A model generated the notes under the pieces. It searched no databases. It saw nothing but the letters and a program-made list of their open reading frames with translations, and was not told where the DNA came from. From NCBI GenBank assembly GCA_963774265.1, contig CAVZDU010000002.1, forward strand, positions 640,001 through 704,000: a DNA stretch of 64,000 bases, written 5' to 3'. Below, piece by piece: positions 1-11,277 of this stretch (positions within the stretch are counted from its first letter, which is position 1; each line of letters begins with the position of its first letter). The DNA is from an uncultured Chloroflexia bacterium. Lineage in GTDB: Bacteria > Chloroflexota > Anaerolineae > CG2-30-64-16. The translations under genes and the position numbers were made by a program.

Positions 1-860
1 AGCCAAGCAACGTGAGCGCGAGGCGAAAGCCAAGCGCTCAGGACGCAAGCCGCCGGGACGGCCGCCAACGCCGCCGTCTGGCGAGCCGCAGGACAAGGAC
101 CAGTACAACTTCACCGACCCTGAGTCGCGGATCATGAAGTGTTCCAGCAGCGCCGGGTTTGAGCAAGCCTACAACGCCCAGGTGGCAGTGGACCAGGATA
201 GCTTGTTGATCGTCGCCTATAGCTTGTCCAACCACCCGAACGACAAAGCCGAGGCTGAACCAACTCTGGAAGCTCTGCCACCGGCCCTGGGCACGCCCGC
301 AGCGGCGGCGCTGGACAACGGCTTCTGGAGCGAGAAGAATCTCGCTGCTCTGGAAAAGCGGCGCATCGAGCCTTACATCGCCACGGGCCGCGAGCCGCAT
401 CACAAGAGTTGGCAAGAGCGCTTCACCGCCGAGCCCGAGCCGCCAGCGGAGGATGCCAGCCCGCAGGTCAAGATGGCCTACAGGCTGCGTACCGAGATCG
501 GCCAGGCGATCTACCGCTTACGCAAATGCACCGTCGAGCCGGTGATTGGCATCATCAAAGCGGTGCTCGGCTTCCGCCAGTTCTCGTTACGCGGCCTCAA
601 CGCCGCCGATAGCGAATGGGCCCTGGTCTGTTTGGCCTTTAACCTGAAGCGCATGCATACGTTGAGCTTGGCCTAACCGCGCCCAGTGCATGCTGGAGGC
701 GGCTCGATGCAGCGCCGCCCGCCTGATTTTGGGATGTTAAGGATCATTTTCGATACTCGCCTGCCGGAGACCGTCACTACCAGCCGCTAACGTTAGCCCT
801 TTGGGCTTACCGTACCGGCTGTTAGCCAGCCAATAACGCTCCTCTCCGACAGGCTGCTAG
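1..860 (+). mobile_element. IS1182-family insertion sequence, 3' part (transposase C-terminus ends at 676)
   Basis: FEQAYNAQVAVD, LDNGFWS and YRLRKCTVEPVIGIIK..GFRQFSLRG motifs; ends in TCCGACAGGCTGCTAG (845-860), where the mod reading frame resumes. Confidence 0.85.
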
Positions 861-1854
861 GACGCTACCAGATCACCACACCAACTGGCCGCGTAATCGA
901 AGGACCCCCTGCGGGAAGCTATTGGCGAGTAAGCAGGGAGCGATTCGATGAACTCGAACGAGACAACAGAATATGGTGGGGCAAGTCCGGGGGGAATCGG
1001 CCCGGGATCAAACGCTTTCTGTCGGAAGTCCAAGAAGGCGTGGTGCCACAAACGCTCTGGTTCTGGAAAGATGTGGGCAGTACACGAAACGCCAAGCAGG
1101 AGTTGAGTCGTTTGATGGAGGCCGGCGCCTCTCAGGATCTCTTCATCACTCCAAAACCAACCGGACTGATCCAGCGCATCCTGAAAATCGCCAGTAATCC
1201 CGGCGATCTCGTTCTTGATTCCTTTGCCGGCAGCGGTACCACCGGTCACGCTGTGCTTAAGCTAAGCGCGGAGGATGGTGGGAACCGGCGTTTCATCCTG
1301 GTTGAGATGGAGCCCAAGGTTGCCAGGCCGATCACCGCAGAACGGCTGCGACGCGTCATCGACGGTTTCGGCGACACACCGCGACCCGTCACCAGGCGCT
1401 CTGATAACTCAACAGCCAGTCCGCGGCTGGTGCCCTGAGCCAAAAGCCGGGAAGCGCCAAAAGCGAGGAACCCAGGTTCCCCGCACCCCTCCTGCCACGA
1501 CACGCGTCTCGGGAGGCCATATGCTCGTTATCAACACCGCAGGAGCGACAACCCATCGTCACCTACTACGCGGACCAGCTTGGCCGCGAACGCGTGGCCC
1601 ATCTTAGCCGCGATTTGACACCCGCCGCGCCGGACGCTGAAGCGCCGCTCATCGGCGAACACGACGGCGTCGCCTACTTCTTATTGTGGAACGGCACAAC
1701 CGCGGGCACGCTGGACGCGACCACGGTACGCGCCCTGTCAAAGCACAAGGGTCGCAAGGTGATCTACGCGGAGCTCTGCCGCGTCAGCCCGATGCGGCTG
1801 GAGAAGGCGGGGATCACTTACAAGCAGATCCCGTACAACATCCGGACGAGTTGA
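857..1854 (+). pseudogene. mod: Type III R-M adenine methyltransferase (Mod), 3' part, disrupted
   Basis: Frame from 857 reads LGRYQITTPTG..IKRFLSEVQEGVVPQTLW..TPKPTGLIQRIL..VLDSFAGSGTTGHAV..FILVEM; Mod-like C-terminus (KVIYAELCRV..KQIPYNIRTS) at about 1620-1854; unrelated sequence at about 1381-1620. Confidence 0.85.
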
Positions 1855-1856
1855 CC

Positions 1857-4271
1857 ATGCTGGAACTCAAAAACTACCAACACGAGGCACTTCAGGAACT
1901 GCGGGACTATTTTCGGCTCGTCCTCCAGTATGGAGCCAAGCGCGCGTTCGTCATCCAGACCGAACGGCCCTATCGCTCAGTGGAAAAGCTGCCCGACCTG
2001 CCTTACGTCTGCTTGCGCATCCCCACCGGCGGCGGCAAAACGCTGATGGCCTGCCATGCAGTAGGCGCCACCCTGCAGGAATACATGCTGCAGGATCACG
2101 GTGTGGTGCTCTGGCTCGTCCCGACTAACACCATCAAGGAGCAAACGCTGGCTGCGTTGCGTAATCGGGAGCATCCTTACCGACAGGCGCTTGACGCCAC
2201 CCTGGATGGCCGGGCAACCGTCGTCGACTTAGCCGAGGCGCTGGAATTGCGCCGCGACGCTCTGGATAGCACTACGACGATCATCGTCTCTACCCTGGCG
2301 GCGCCGCGCGTCGAAGACACCGAGAGTCGTCGGCTCTACGAGCAGAACAGCGCGTTGATGCCTCATTTCGAGAACCTGCCGGAGGTCATCATAGCCGGGC
2401 TGGAGAAGTACGAGAGCGGCAAACCGGTCCCCTCGCTGGCGAACCTCCTTAGCTTACGGCGTCCACTGATCATCGTGGATGAGGCACACAACGCGCGCAC
2501 TCCTCTCTCGTTCGAGGCTTTGGCACGCTTCAACCCTGCCTGCATCCTGGAGTTTACGGCAACGCCGGCACAGCCGCCGGAACCTTTCCCAAGCAACGTT
2601 CTCTGCCACGTCTCCGCCTTTGAACTCAAGGCAGAGCACATGATCAAGCTGCCAATTCGCCTGGAAGTTCGCAATCAATGGAAAGAAGCGATCGCTGCAG
2701 CAGTGGCTAAGCGAAACGAGCTTTGGGAGTTGGCCCGGTCCGAACGCGCACTCAGTGGCGAGTACCTACGGCCGATCGTCTTGCTTCAGGCTCAGCCCAA
2801 GAGCAAGCATGGAGATCCGTTAACAGTGGACAAGGTACGCGCCTGCCTGATCGAGTTGGGGGTGCCAGCCGAACAAATCGCTGAGGAAACTGGCGAGGTG
2901 CGGGAAGTGAAGGCCTGGGAGGAGAAGACGAGGCGCACCTTATTTGATGAAAGCTGCCCGATATGCTTCATTATCACCGTGCAGGCGCTGCGCGAAGGAT
3001 GGGATTGTCCCTTCGCCTACGTCCTCTGTTCGGTTGCCGAACTGGGAACATCCACGGCAGTCGAACAGATCCTTGGCCGGGTACTGCGCATGCCTAAGGC
3101 AATGCGCAAGCAGCTTGAAGCCCTCAACCACGCCTACGCCTTTGTCACATCTCATCGTTTCGGAAGGGTCGCGGCTGCGATCGAGGGATTGACACAGGCG
3201 TTGCAGGCCAACGGTTTCAGTCGCTTTGAGGCGGAGCAGGAGATTGAAACGTTTCAGGCGCCGCTACTGCAACCACACGATGAGCCGCTCTTTGCTGCGA
3301 TAGCAGAACACTCTGAGACCCCGGCTGGACGCTGGGACAAGTTCACGGTGCCTCAGCTGGCTCTTTGGGTGCACGGCGAACTGGAGGTGGCTGACCCTGA
3401 GGATTTTCTCGACAGCGGGTGGACGCTGCGGGGCTGTGAAACGGCGCTGACCGAGGTGGAATTTCCCACGCAGAGCGGCGTGGATCGAGCCGTTGATGTG
3501 GATGTTGATGCGGCGGGCAAACTCACCGCGCACTGGGTTGCTGACTTGCAGCGCCAACTCAGCCTCCTGGCGCGAAATGAGGCGATGACGGCCGACGGCC
3601 TGGTCTTGTGGCTGGACAGGAACATACCGCATGGCAAGGTCAGCCAGGAAGACATGCAGCTCCATCTGCTAAGTGTGATTGAAAAACTGCGCCAAGATCG
3701 TGGCATGAGCTTGAGCCAGCTTTCCTCCGAACGGTATCGCTTGCGCGACGCGATCATCAAGAAGATCAGGCAATGCGAGCAGGCAGCAAAAAAAACAGGC
3801 TATCAGATTGCGCTATTCTCCGACAGCGCGCCAATTGAGGTAAGCGCGCGGCGCGTCTTCACCTTCGATCCAAACTACTATCCAGCAAACAGCTTCTATG
3901 AAGGGGCTTTCTCAAAGCATTACTATCGTGCGGTCGCGGCGATGAATGGTGAAGAAGCGAGTTGCGCAGCTATCATCGACTCACTGCCGAAGGTGAGATG
4001 GTGGGTGCGCAACCTGGAGCGACACCCTGAGCATGCGTTCTGGCTGCCTACGTCAACCGACCGGTTCTATCCCGATTTCGTGGCGCTCCTGGAAGACGGA
4101 CGGGTGCTGGTGGTCGAGTACAAAGGTGGAGCGCTGGTCACGACCGAGGACACCAGGGAAAAGGGTGCAATCGGGAAGCTCTGGGAGACGCGCAGCCAGG
4201 GACGTTGCATCTTCAGGTTGGTGTCGGTCGATGATTGTGAGGGGCAGTTGCTCTCTGTGGCGGGTTCGTGA
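1857..4271 (+). CDS. res: Type III restriction endonuclease (Res), SF2 helicase + PD-(D/E)xK nuclease
   Basis: IPTGGGKT, IIVDEAH, FTATP, REGWDCP, QILGRVLR, FYPDF..VEYKG; ATG 1857 just after the mod stop. Confidence 0.9.
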   Translation: MLELKNYQHEALQELRDYFRLVLQYGAKRAFVIQTERPYRSVEKLPDLPYVCLRIPTGGGKTLMACHAVGATLQEYMLQDHGVVLWLVPTNTIKEQTLAALRNREHPYRQALDATLDGRATVVDLAEALELRRDALDSTTTIIVSTLAAPRVEDTESRRLYEQNSALMPHFENLPEVIIAGLEKYESGKPVPSLANLLSLRRPLIIVDEAHNARTPLSFEALARFNPACILEFTATPAQPPEPFPSNVLCHVSAFELKAEHMIKLPIRLEVRNQWKEAIAAAVAKRNELWELARSERALSGEYLRPIVLLQAQPKSKHGDPLTVDKVRACLIELGVPAEQIAEETGEVREVKAWEEKTRRTLFDESCPICFIITVQALREGWDCPFAYVLCSVAELGTSTAVEQILGRVLRMPKAMRKQLEALNHAYAFVTSHRFGRVAAAIEGLTQALQANGFSRFEAEQEIETFQAPLLQPHDEPLFAAIAEHSETPAGRWDKFTVPQLALWVHGELEVADPEDFLDSGWTLRGCETALTEVEFPTQSGVDRAVDVDVDAAGKLTAHWVADLQRQLSLLARNEAMTADGLVLWLDRNIPHGKVSQEDMQLHLLSVIEKLRQDRGMSLSQLSSERYRLRDAIIKKIRQCEQAAKKTGYQIALFSDSAPIEVSARRVFTFDPNYYPANSFYEGAFSKHYYRAVAAMNGEEASCAAIIDSLPKVRWWVRNLERHPEHAFWLPTSTDRFYPDFVALLEDGRVLVVEYKGGALVTTEDTREKGAIGKLWETRSQGRCIFRLVSVDDCEGQLLSVAGS

Positions 4272-4737
4272 TCGTGAAACCCATAAGCTCCTGTGAGCCG
4301 ATGTCATTAGGAGCTGAGCTCACACCAGCCAGTTTTTGACCAGATAAGATTTTCTCCCTTGCAGCAGCAGGATAGCTGACGCGAAGGGGTGACGCATCAC
4401 TATCACTTAGTGAGGATGGGGTTGTAGAGACTATACTACACGGCGGGTATCCTCCTGCTACAGTGTTGACCGCTGAGCATGTGCGTCGGTCGTGCCAACC
4501 TATTGCCCCTTACCCAATCCCCAGCCCAGGCCTCACCTTGGGCACGGCACCCGTGTAACCGACCGCGAGCTGCGTGCCGGCCTGGATGCCGAAGCCTCAC
4601 AGGATGGCGATGATGCAGTGGACGTGCTTCAGACGAGCGATGTGCATGGGGCATACCTCCCTCGATCGGTCTACCCAATCTCATGAGACTGCGCAACTAC
4701 GGCCCACGGCTACAGGACGTTGCCTTCTCACTGGTGG

Positions 4738-6135
4738 TTACTCTGCACAGGTGGTTCCCTTTCGGCCATCTTCTCGGAACGAAATCTCAGGCGTCTTCGA
4801 CAAGACCGTCAACCCTCTCGATCCGCGTGTGACGGCAACATAGAAGTTCTCTCTGTTTTCCAGTTTATCAGCGTTGAGAACAATCGCATAGTCGAATTCA
4901 AGTCCTTTGATGAGCGGTGTCCGCGAGACAAGGCATCTTTCGAGTTTGCGGCCATTGACGCGCGTGCTGCCTCTGGCCGCATAAGCAGCTTCCTCTAAGG
5001 AAGCGTGTTTTCCTGTGGCAAGTTCCTGTGCTGCCCTTCTCATTTCAGTAAGGAGCTCACGACGATAGACCTGTGCGCCCGGATCGCCTATGATCAGGTC
5101 CATAATGCCCACAGTAGCTAGGATATTGCCCCCTTCCAAGTCGCCGAAGGCGTTCTGTAACGATTGGTTATTTGTGAATGGAATCGGGTTTGCACACCCC
5201 CTAAGGATCAGATTCTTGATGCAAGACGCGATGGCGCGGTAGTTCTGGCCATGACCGTCGATTTTTCGGGTTACCTCCATCAGGTACTTGCAGTCCATCT
5301 CCTCCATGGATTGAAATCTTCCACCTATTCTTCGCGCTGTATCGTGAGCATCTTCCGGCCACTGGTGAATTGCGGCAATTGTGCCGCTTCGTCTGGCGTT
5401 CGCACTCAGACAAACCTTCTGTTCGCCCTCTTCCGACCAGGAATACCACTGAATTTCTGAGTAAGACCCTAGGTTGATTTTTTCGTGAGCCAGTAGTCTA
5501 CTCCGAATTTCTGCCAGCTGGTCTCCCAGCGTTGGGTTTGTTGTCATCCAGCGATAGGGATCTGCTAAATCTGGCAACGCACGAAAGTCCTCTTGCACGA
5601 TAGTCGGCCACTCGACAAGTGGATCGTCCTGAAACCCGAATATTCCTTGCAAGGGATCACCCAGCACGCGGACTGGTAGGAATTCGCTCAGAGTCGAGAT
5701 GACCTTGTGTTGTTCTTGGGTGCAGTCCTGATATTCATCCACAAAAACGCCTGTATAACTTGCTAACAGAACATCTCGGATAAAACGATAACCAAACAGG
5801 GCTTGAGCAGCGTGATACACCTTTTTCCAATCGTCACCTTGTGGACGAGGGTTCAGCAGGCCTGACATCGACGAATAGGCAGATACATATTTCAGAAGCC
5901 AACTGGCGATAGTCTCCACCCGATACTTCGATTCTGATACTCCGTTCTTTCGAAGGCGAGACCGCAATGCGGCAACTCCAGCGTTGGTGTGAGTTAGAAT
6001 TAATTGTTTGCCTTCGGCCAAAGCAACTGCTCGGACAATCGTTTCGGTTTTTCCGCAACCCGCTGCGGCCGTCACACACACTGGTTCTTTTGCATCTGCC
6101 AGTGTTTTCACTACCTCATCGAATCGATCATTCAT
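4738..6135 (-). CDS. UvrD-like SF1 helicase (Gabija GajB-like)
   Basis: AAAGCGKT, LTHTNAG, VDEYQD, GDPLQGIFGF, KGLEFD, YVAVTRG; start overlaps the 3' end of the upstream nuclease. Confidence 0.85.
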   Translation of the reverse strand: MNDRFDEVVKTLADAKEPVCVTAAAGCGKTETIVRAVALAEGKQLILTHTNAGVAALRSRLRKNGVSESKYRVETIASWLLKYVSAYSSMSGLLNPRPQGDDWKKVYHAAQALFGYRFIRDVLLASYTGVFVDEYQDCTQEQHKVISTLSEFLPVRVLGDPLQGIFGFQDDPLVEWPTIVQEDFRALPDLADPYRWMTTNPTLGDQLAEIRSRLLAHEKINLGSYSEIQWYSWSEEGEQKVCLSANARRSGTIAAIHQWPEDAHDTARRIGGRFQSMEEMDCKYLMEVTRKIDGHGQNYRAIASCIKNLILRGCANPIPFTNNQSLQNAFGDLEGGNILATVGIMDLIIGDPGAQVYRRELLTEMRRAAQELATGKHASLEEAAYAARGSTRVNGRKLERCLVSRTPLIKGLEFDYAIVLNADKLENRENFYVAVTRGSRGLTVLSKTPEISFREDGRKGTTCAE

Positions 6136-7908
6136 AGCACCATTTTTCCAGAGTGAGCAAGGTAGGTATGGTGGGGGTCGCCTGCATTTGGTCCAGGTAA
6201 CAGGCAAGCATTTTACCTAACGCTATGCCTTTATCCATGCGCTTGAACCAGGCGGCATCCTTATGCTTAGCAGCCTCACCAAACGCCTCGCGCACGGCCA
6301 CCTCGGTTGACTGCGCGATCAATGCCTTGAGATCGCGGGTTAGTTCTATCTTGAATCCTCTTGCCTTTAATACACAGTAGATACCTCTGCCAAACGTCAT
6401 CGGGTTTCTTCTCCTTTTCTTCCAACTTGATCGCGATCTCAATCAGCTCTACTAGTCCGTCAACTGGCAAATCGCGGCACAGGCGTTCTTCTGTAGCCAG
6501 ACCCGTCTCACTATCTGGTAGCCACAAGACGACTTTGATGCCAGCTTTCTCCATTTCATCAACGGACGGGTTCAGCTTTTCGACTTTGTCGGAATCACCG
6601 AGAAAGGCAACTCTATAGCCGAGTTTTGTCATTGCAAGTGCAAGCTTCGGAGACTCATCTCCACCACCACGAGGATCTTCAATGGGTGCCACGCCTGCCT
6701 CGGCCATAGTCCTGTATCGGAAGTCCAAGGGACTGTCACGGTGTTTACGACACCAGTACTCGGTATCCAGGCCTACGAGTAATCCTGCTTCAGTTTTTCC
6801 TTCACAAACGACAACCTTCCTCGCAAGAAAGGCTTCGGGTATCTTCCGCACAACGTCCTGTAGCTCCTGATCAACACTCGTAACGGTTGTGATTCCATTT
6901 TCGGAACGCACCGCGTACAATTCGTTTGCTGCACATTCAACCACCGCAATCGGCGAATGGGTGCTGAAGATCACCTGATGTCTATCGCCTGGTTTGGGAC
7001 GCAACTGACGGATCAGATGCCGAAGACGATATGGCTCAAGGCTGTTTTCGATTTCGTCAACAAGAATTACCGCGCCTTCTTTGACCGAAGCCTTGTGTAT
7101 GGCCATCGTCATCAAACGGCGGCTACCTGCACCGCGCAAAGATAAGGGCAAATTTCCATCGAACAACGCAAGCGCTCCCTGACGCAAACTGACGCGCATC
7201 GGATCCATGCTTGCGGCGAAATTCGGTTTGTGCGCCAATACCCACTGTTTGGGCCGCCTCGGTCACGCCCTGAATAGCTTGCGATAGAGCGCTGAAGTCC
7301 ATGTCTTCAAGGGCCTTCAGGATGCCGCGCTCGGCCTCAGCCAGCATGGTCGGTATTCTTGAAATGTCATCTTTGTGAGTCAGGCGGCTCAAAGCAGAGT
7401 TGCGTCCCCAGGCTAAGTCAGAATCAGTGTAGTTCCCGATTTTCGCCACACCAAACAAGCGACGATCTGCGGCTGTGATCGACTGTGGTTCTTTGCCATT
7501 TTCCTGGGGTGAGACAATCGTCCACCTTGGTTCCAGGTCCTGAGCTATTTCCAGGCGGATCTTTAGCGCCGCCTGGAAGTCATCGTCCTTCTGCTCCTCA
7601 CAGAGCTCGCCATCGCGCGGGTTCCAGAAGCCAAGATACAGGCCGAACTTATCCTCTGAAATCAAGACGTCAGGCAGCTCAGTAACTACACCGGCAATCT
7701 CTATCGGCACCTGCACGTTCATCTGGTAGAAATCAACATCACTAACCGATAGACTCCAGCTTCCAGAAAACAGATACTCTATGGCGAGCAAGATGGTACT
7801 CTTGGTCGAATCGCCTGGACCAATCAAGCCAATCATGTCGCCGGTCAGTTTCCATTCCATTTCACTAATGCCGCGGAAGTTTTTGATGGTTAGATTACGC
7901 AATTTCAT
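6128..7908 (-). CDS. OLD-family ATPase-TOPRIM nuclease (Gabija GajA-like), two apparent frameshifts (about 7230 and 6400)
   Basis: IKNFRGI..GPGDSTKSTIL, GAGSRR, ILVDEIE, STHSP, VCEGKTE and DSD TOPRIM motifs spread over three overlapping ORFs. Confidence 0.85.
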
Positions 7909-8159
7909 GCCAGTATGTCTCCAGAAGAGTCAACAAGTTGGATAAGGGACCATCGCGGAAGTTGTATCCTACTGGACCTCTACAACTCGCCGCGAAAGGC
8001 CTGACGCAGCATCGCCTGTTCCACTTCGTTGAGTTGGGCGATCAGAAAAAGTCCTAGTACATCGTAGGAAGCATGTCGCCAGGCCCTAAGTCGTGCTGGA
8101 CGGGCCTGTGCAGAGACGCGCTCCTGGCATCCTCCGCAGGCGATCGCGGAGGTCAGCGT

Positions 8160-8687
8160 TCATGGTTCATTCTCCGACGGGTCAGCGCTGCACCGCGCGC
8201 TGGCCATGCGTCTCCGGCGAGAGTCTCCTCGCGGCCGTAGTGCCTTATCCAAGCGTTCGATTTCAACGAGCGCCTGGTTGCTGGTTATGCCATGCCGCGC
8301 AAGGTAGCAGCCCACGATCGTGCCGGTGCCGCCGACACCATCAAGGCAATGGACGTAGACGCAATGGCCCGCCGCGATGGCGGCGTCAAGGGTATCCAGG
8401 ATGTGCGTCACCTCGGTCTGCGTCGGCGTGCCCAGGTAGGGGACGGGTATGCGGCGGAGCTCCACGCTGATACCTCTGGCCGCGGCCTCCTCCAGCAGCA
8501 GCGGCGCATAGGACGCCAGACGGGGTTCCTCGGAAAGGACGAGGAAGAAGGTGAATCCGGCGTCAAGGAATCGGCGCAGCTTCTCGCGGGCCGCATTTGT
8601 AATAGGGCCGCTGGGATACTCGCCGACACACAGTTGGCCGGGCACAACCCAGTAACAGTCCGGGATTGGTTTTGACGGATTGGTCAA
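8160..8687 (-). CDS. Dual-specificity/tyrosine phosphatase family protein, degenerate P-loop
   Basis: YWVVPGQL..GEYP, VYVHCLDGVGGTG (Cx5R Arg replaced by Gly); TTG start after GAGGTG; apparent frameshift near the 3' end. Confidence 0.7.
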   Translation of the reverse strand: MTNPSKPIPDCYWVVPGQLCVGEYPSGPITNAAREKLRRFLDAGFTFFLVLSEEPRLASYAPLLLEEAAARGISVELRRIPVPYLGTPTQTEVTHILDTLDAAIAAGHCVYVHCLDGVGGTGTIVGCYLARHGITSNQALVEIERLDKALRPRGDSRRRRMASARCSADPSENEP

Positions 8688-8742
8688 TGGATCACCTCGC
8701 GGACTTAGTCGGAACGAATTCAATATGAGGTGGAGCTTGATG

Positions 8743-9184
8743 TCAGGCGTCTTGCGGCAAGGTCCGACCGCGGATGCCCGCATCCAGCTTATGGAGAATC
8801 GTGTCCAAGCGGCTGTTTCCGGCTTGACGAGCGGGCCTCTGTAGCAGAATTTCGCACACTTCAAAGGTGAGGTGTTCGATTGCCCAACCAACCTCACCAT
8901 CACCGATGCCTGGATCGCCGGCGTGGTCGAGCTCGAGTGCCAGTGCGGCATAGGCCGCCGGGCCGAGAATGTGCTTTGTTTGGTGGACATCCGCCAAACT
9001 GCGCCGTTCGCCTTCCCCCACCGGCAAACACCCGAATGCCTTCAATCGCTGAACGGGGCCGGGAATCCGAATCAGCATGCTTCTCATATACCGGGAGCGC
9101 CCTTCCAGCGCAGTCCGCAGCCCAGCTCCCCAAGGCCCTAAGTGACTCCAGGGTCAGCGTGAAATACTTGGACTCACGACCCAT
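8743..9184 (-). pseudogene. Imm5-like putative immunity protein, broken
   Basis: WAADCA.RALP.YE..D.RPR.AI in one frame and QTKHILGPAAYAA in another. Confidence 0.55.
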
Positions 9185-9550
9185 CCTTTACCTCCCTCAG
9201 CATTCTACCTCAACTGCCTGCCAGAGTATGAAATTGCTGCCGGAGACCCGCCGTCCATGCAGCCGGCCGGCCCCATTACAAAAAGGAGTCGCCGCGATGT
9301 CTTCCATGTCGCCCGCCGGAATTGCAACGGACTATGAACGGGGCTAACGATGCGTTAAGCGGCTCGCTTAGCCCGCTTCAGCGGGCGTTGCCTGGAAGCC
9401 CGGCCACGCGGCCATCTATGCCGGGCGGTCTGGTCGGATGGATCGCCCTGTTTCGCCCTGTCCCCAAGACGATTGGCGTTCCCCGAGAGACGAAGTATAC
9501 TGCGGGTGGCTCACCCGAGCCCCACACAACGCGCCAACACAGGTGGCCAC

Positions 9551-10246
9551 ATGCACACCGCCCTGGTGATCTCATCGGGCATCTTCCACCCATCGCTGCC
9601 CGGCCGGCTGGCCCTGTGGCGGGCGCTCCGCGCGACGCTGGGCGTCACGCTTCGCCACGCCGCCTTCCGCGGCGCCGCGGCCCCGGTCGAGATCCTGGTG
9701 CGGGCGGACGTGCACCGCGCCGACGCGCTGGTGCTGTACATCCACGGCAAGACCATTTCGTCCCCCGCGCTGGACGCCCTGGACCGTTTCGCGGCCGGCG
9801 GCGGCGGCATCCTGGCCATCCATTCCGCCACCGCATCCTTCAAGGAGACGCCGCGCTATACCGATCTTCTCGGCGGCAGGTTTACCGGCCATCCGCCTGT
9901 AGGGCCGCTGGAGATTCGGGCCGTCGCCCGCGCGGACGAGATCTTCGGCGAGATCGCGCCGTTCACCGTAACGGACGAGGCCTACGAGCACGAGCTGCGC
10001 GATGACATCCGCGTCCACTTCGTGGCACGGCCGGCGCAGCGCACGGGGCTAGCCGCGGGCCTGCCAGCCGCCGCACCTGCTGCGCAGGCGATGCCCATCG
10101 TCTGGACGCGGCGCCACGGCGGAGGCCGGATCTGCTATGTCGGGCTGGGCCACCGCGCGGCGAGCCTGCGCCACCCCCACACGATCGCCATCCTCCAGGC
10201 CGGCCTGGCGTGGGTCTGCCGGGCCACCGCAGCGGTCGCGCCATGA
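9551..10246 (+). CDS. ThuA-like (class I glutamine amidotransferase-like fold) protein
   Basis: GGGILAIHSA, GGRFTGHP, DEAY, GGGRICYVGLGH. Confidence 0.85.
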   Translation: MHTALVISSGIFHPSLPGRLALWRALRATLGVTLRHAAFRGAAAPVEILVRADVHRADALVLYIHGKTISSPALDALDRFAAGGGGILAIHSATASFKETPRYTDLLGGRFTGHPPVGPLEIRAVARADEIFGEIAPFTVTDEAYEHELRDDIRVHFVARPAQRTGLAAGLPAAAPAAQAMPIVWTRRHGGGRICYVGLGHRAASLRHPHTIAILQAGLAWVCRATAAVAP

Positions 10247-11277
10247 GCAGCCCCCTGGCGCTGGCCATCGTCGGCTGCGGTGACGTGGCCCGCTTCACCG
10301 CCGGGTTCGCCAGGCTCAACCGCGGCATCCGCCTGGTCGCCTGTTGCGATATCGATGCCGGCCGCGCAGCGCAATTCGCACGGCGCTTCGGCATCCCCCA
10401 GGTCTACCGCGATATCGGCGAGATGCTGGCGGCCGGGGCCCGGCCGGACGCGCTCTACCTGGCCGTGCCCCACCACCTGCACCGTCTAATGGCCCTGCAG
10501 GCCATCGCGGCCGGCATCCCCGCGCTCATCGAGAAGCCACTGGCAGCCACGCTCCCTGAGGGGCAAGAGATAGCCATCGCGTGTGCCGCGGCCGGCATCA
10601 AGGTGGGGGTGAACTACCAGTACCGCTACGACGGGGGATGCTACGCTCTGGCCCGCGCGGTTCAGGCCGGCGCCTTGGGGGAGATTCGCTATGCGCGCTG
10701 CAACCTCCCCTGGCATCGCGACGCGAAGTACTTCGCCCGCGCGGGGTGGCACGCACGGCTCGCCACAGCCGGCGGCGGCACGCTGATCACCCAGGGCAGC
10801 CATCTCCTGGACGTGGTCCTTTGGGCCCTCGGCAGCCGGCCAGTCACGGCGATGGGCGCGACCAGCCAACGCGTGTTCAGGGACGTGGAGGTCGAAGACC
10901 TGGCCCTGGGGATCGTCGAGCTGGCCGATGGCGCGCTGGTGGAGGTTTGCAGCTCGATGGTCGCGCACGCCGGGCAGGCCCTGAGCATCGAGGTCTACGG
11001 CTCGAGGGGGACCGCGACGTACAGCAACCGTCCGTGGCCCCACGTGCGGTTCCGCGGGGTGCGGCCCACCCGCCAGCTCCCGCCCGGCGGCCCGTTGAGC
11101 GGCATCCATGCCCTCCAGCGCAGCCTGGAAGGCTTCCGCGCCTGGGTCGTGGACGAACCGTCCGCCGGCGGACGCCCCTACCTGACACCCGCGGACGAGG
11201 CGCTGCCTGTGCTGGCCGCGGTGGACGCCATCTACCGCTCGAGCCGGACGGGCCGCCGCGAGGAGGTGACATTGTGA
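10243..11277 (+). CDS. Gfo/Idh/MocA NAD(P)-dependent oxidoreductase
   Basis: IVGCG, PHHLH, IEKPLA, GGGTLITQGSHLLD. Confidence 0.92.
   Translation: MSSPLALAIVGCGDVARFTAGFARLNRGIRLVACCDIDAGRAAQFARRFGIPQVYRDIGEMLAAGARPDALYLAVPHHLHRLMALQAIAAGIPALIEKPLAATLPEGQEIAIACAAAGIKVGVNYQYRYDGGCYALARAVQAGALGEIRYARCNLPWHRDAKYFARAGWHARLATAGGGTLITQGSHLLDVVLWALGSRPVTAMGATSQRVFRDVEVEDLALGIVELADGALVEVCSSMVAHAGQALSIEVYGSRGTATYSNRPWPHVRFRGVRPTRQLPPGGPLSGIHALQRSLEGFRAWVVDEPSAGGRPYLTPADEALPVLAAVDAIYRSSRTGRREEVTL

Noticed and set aside
9342-9393. attC-like GGCTAAC..TAAGCGG..CCGCTT..GTTGCC at the GC boundary
   Set aside because: Only about 52 bp, the R boxes pair imperfectly and there is no co-oriented upstream cassette gene
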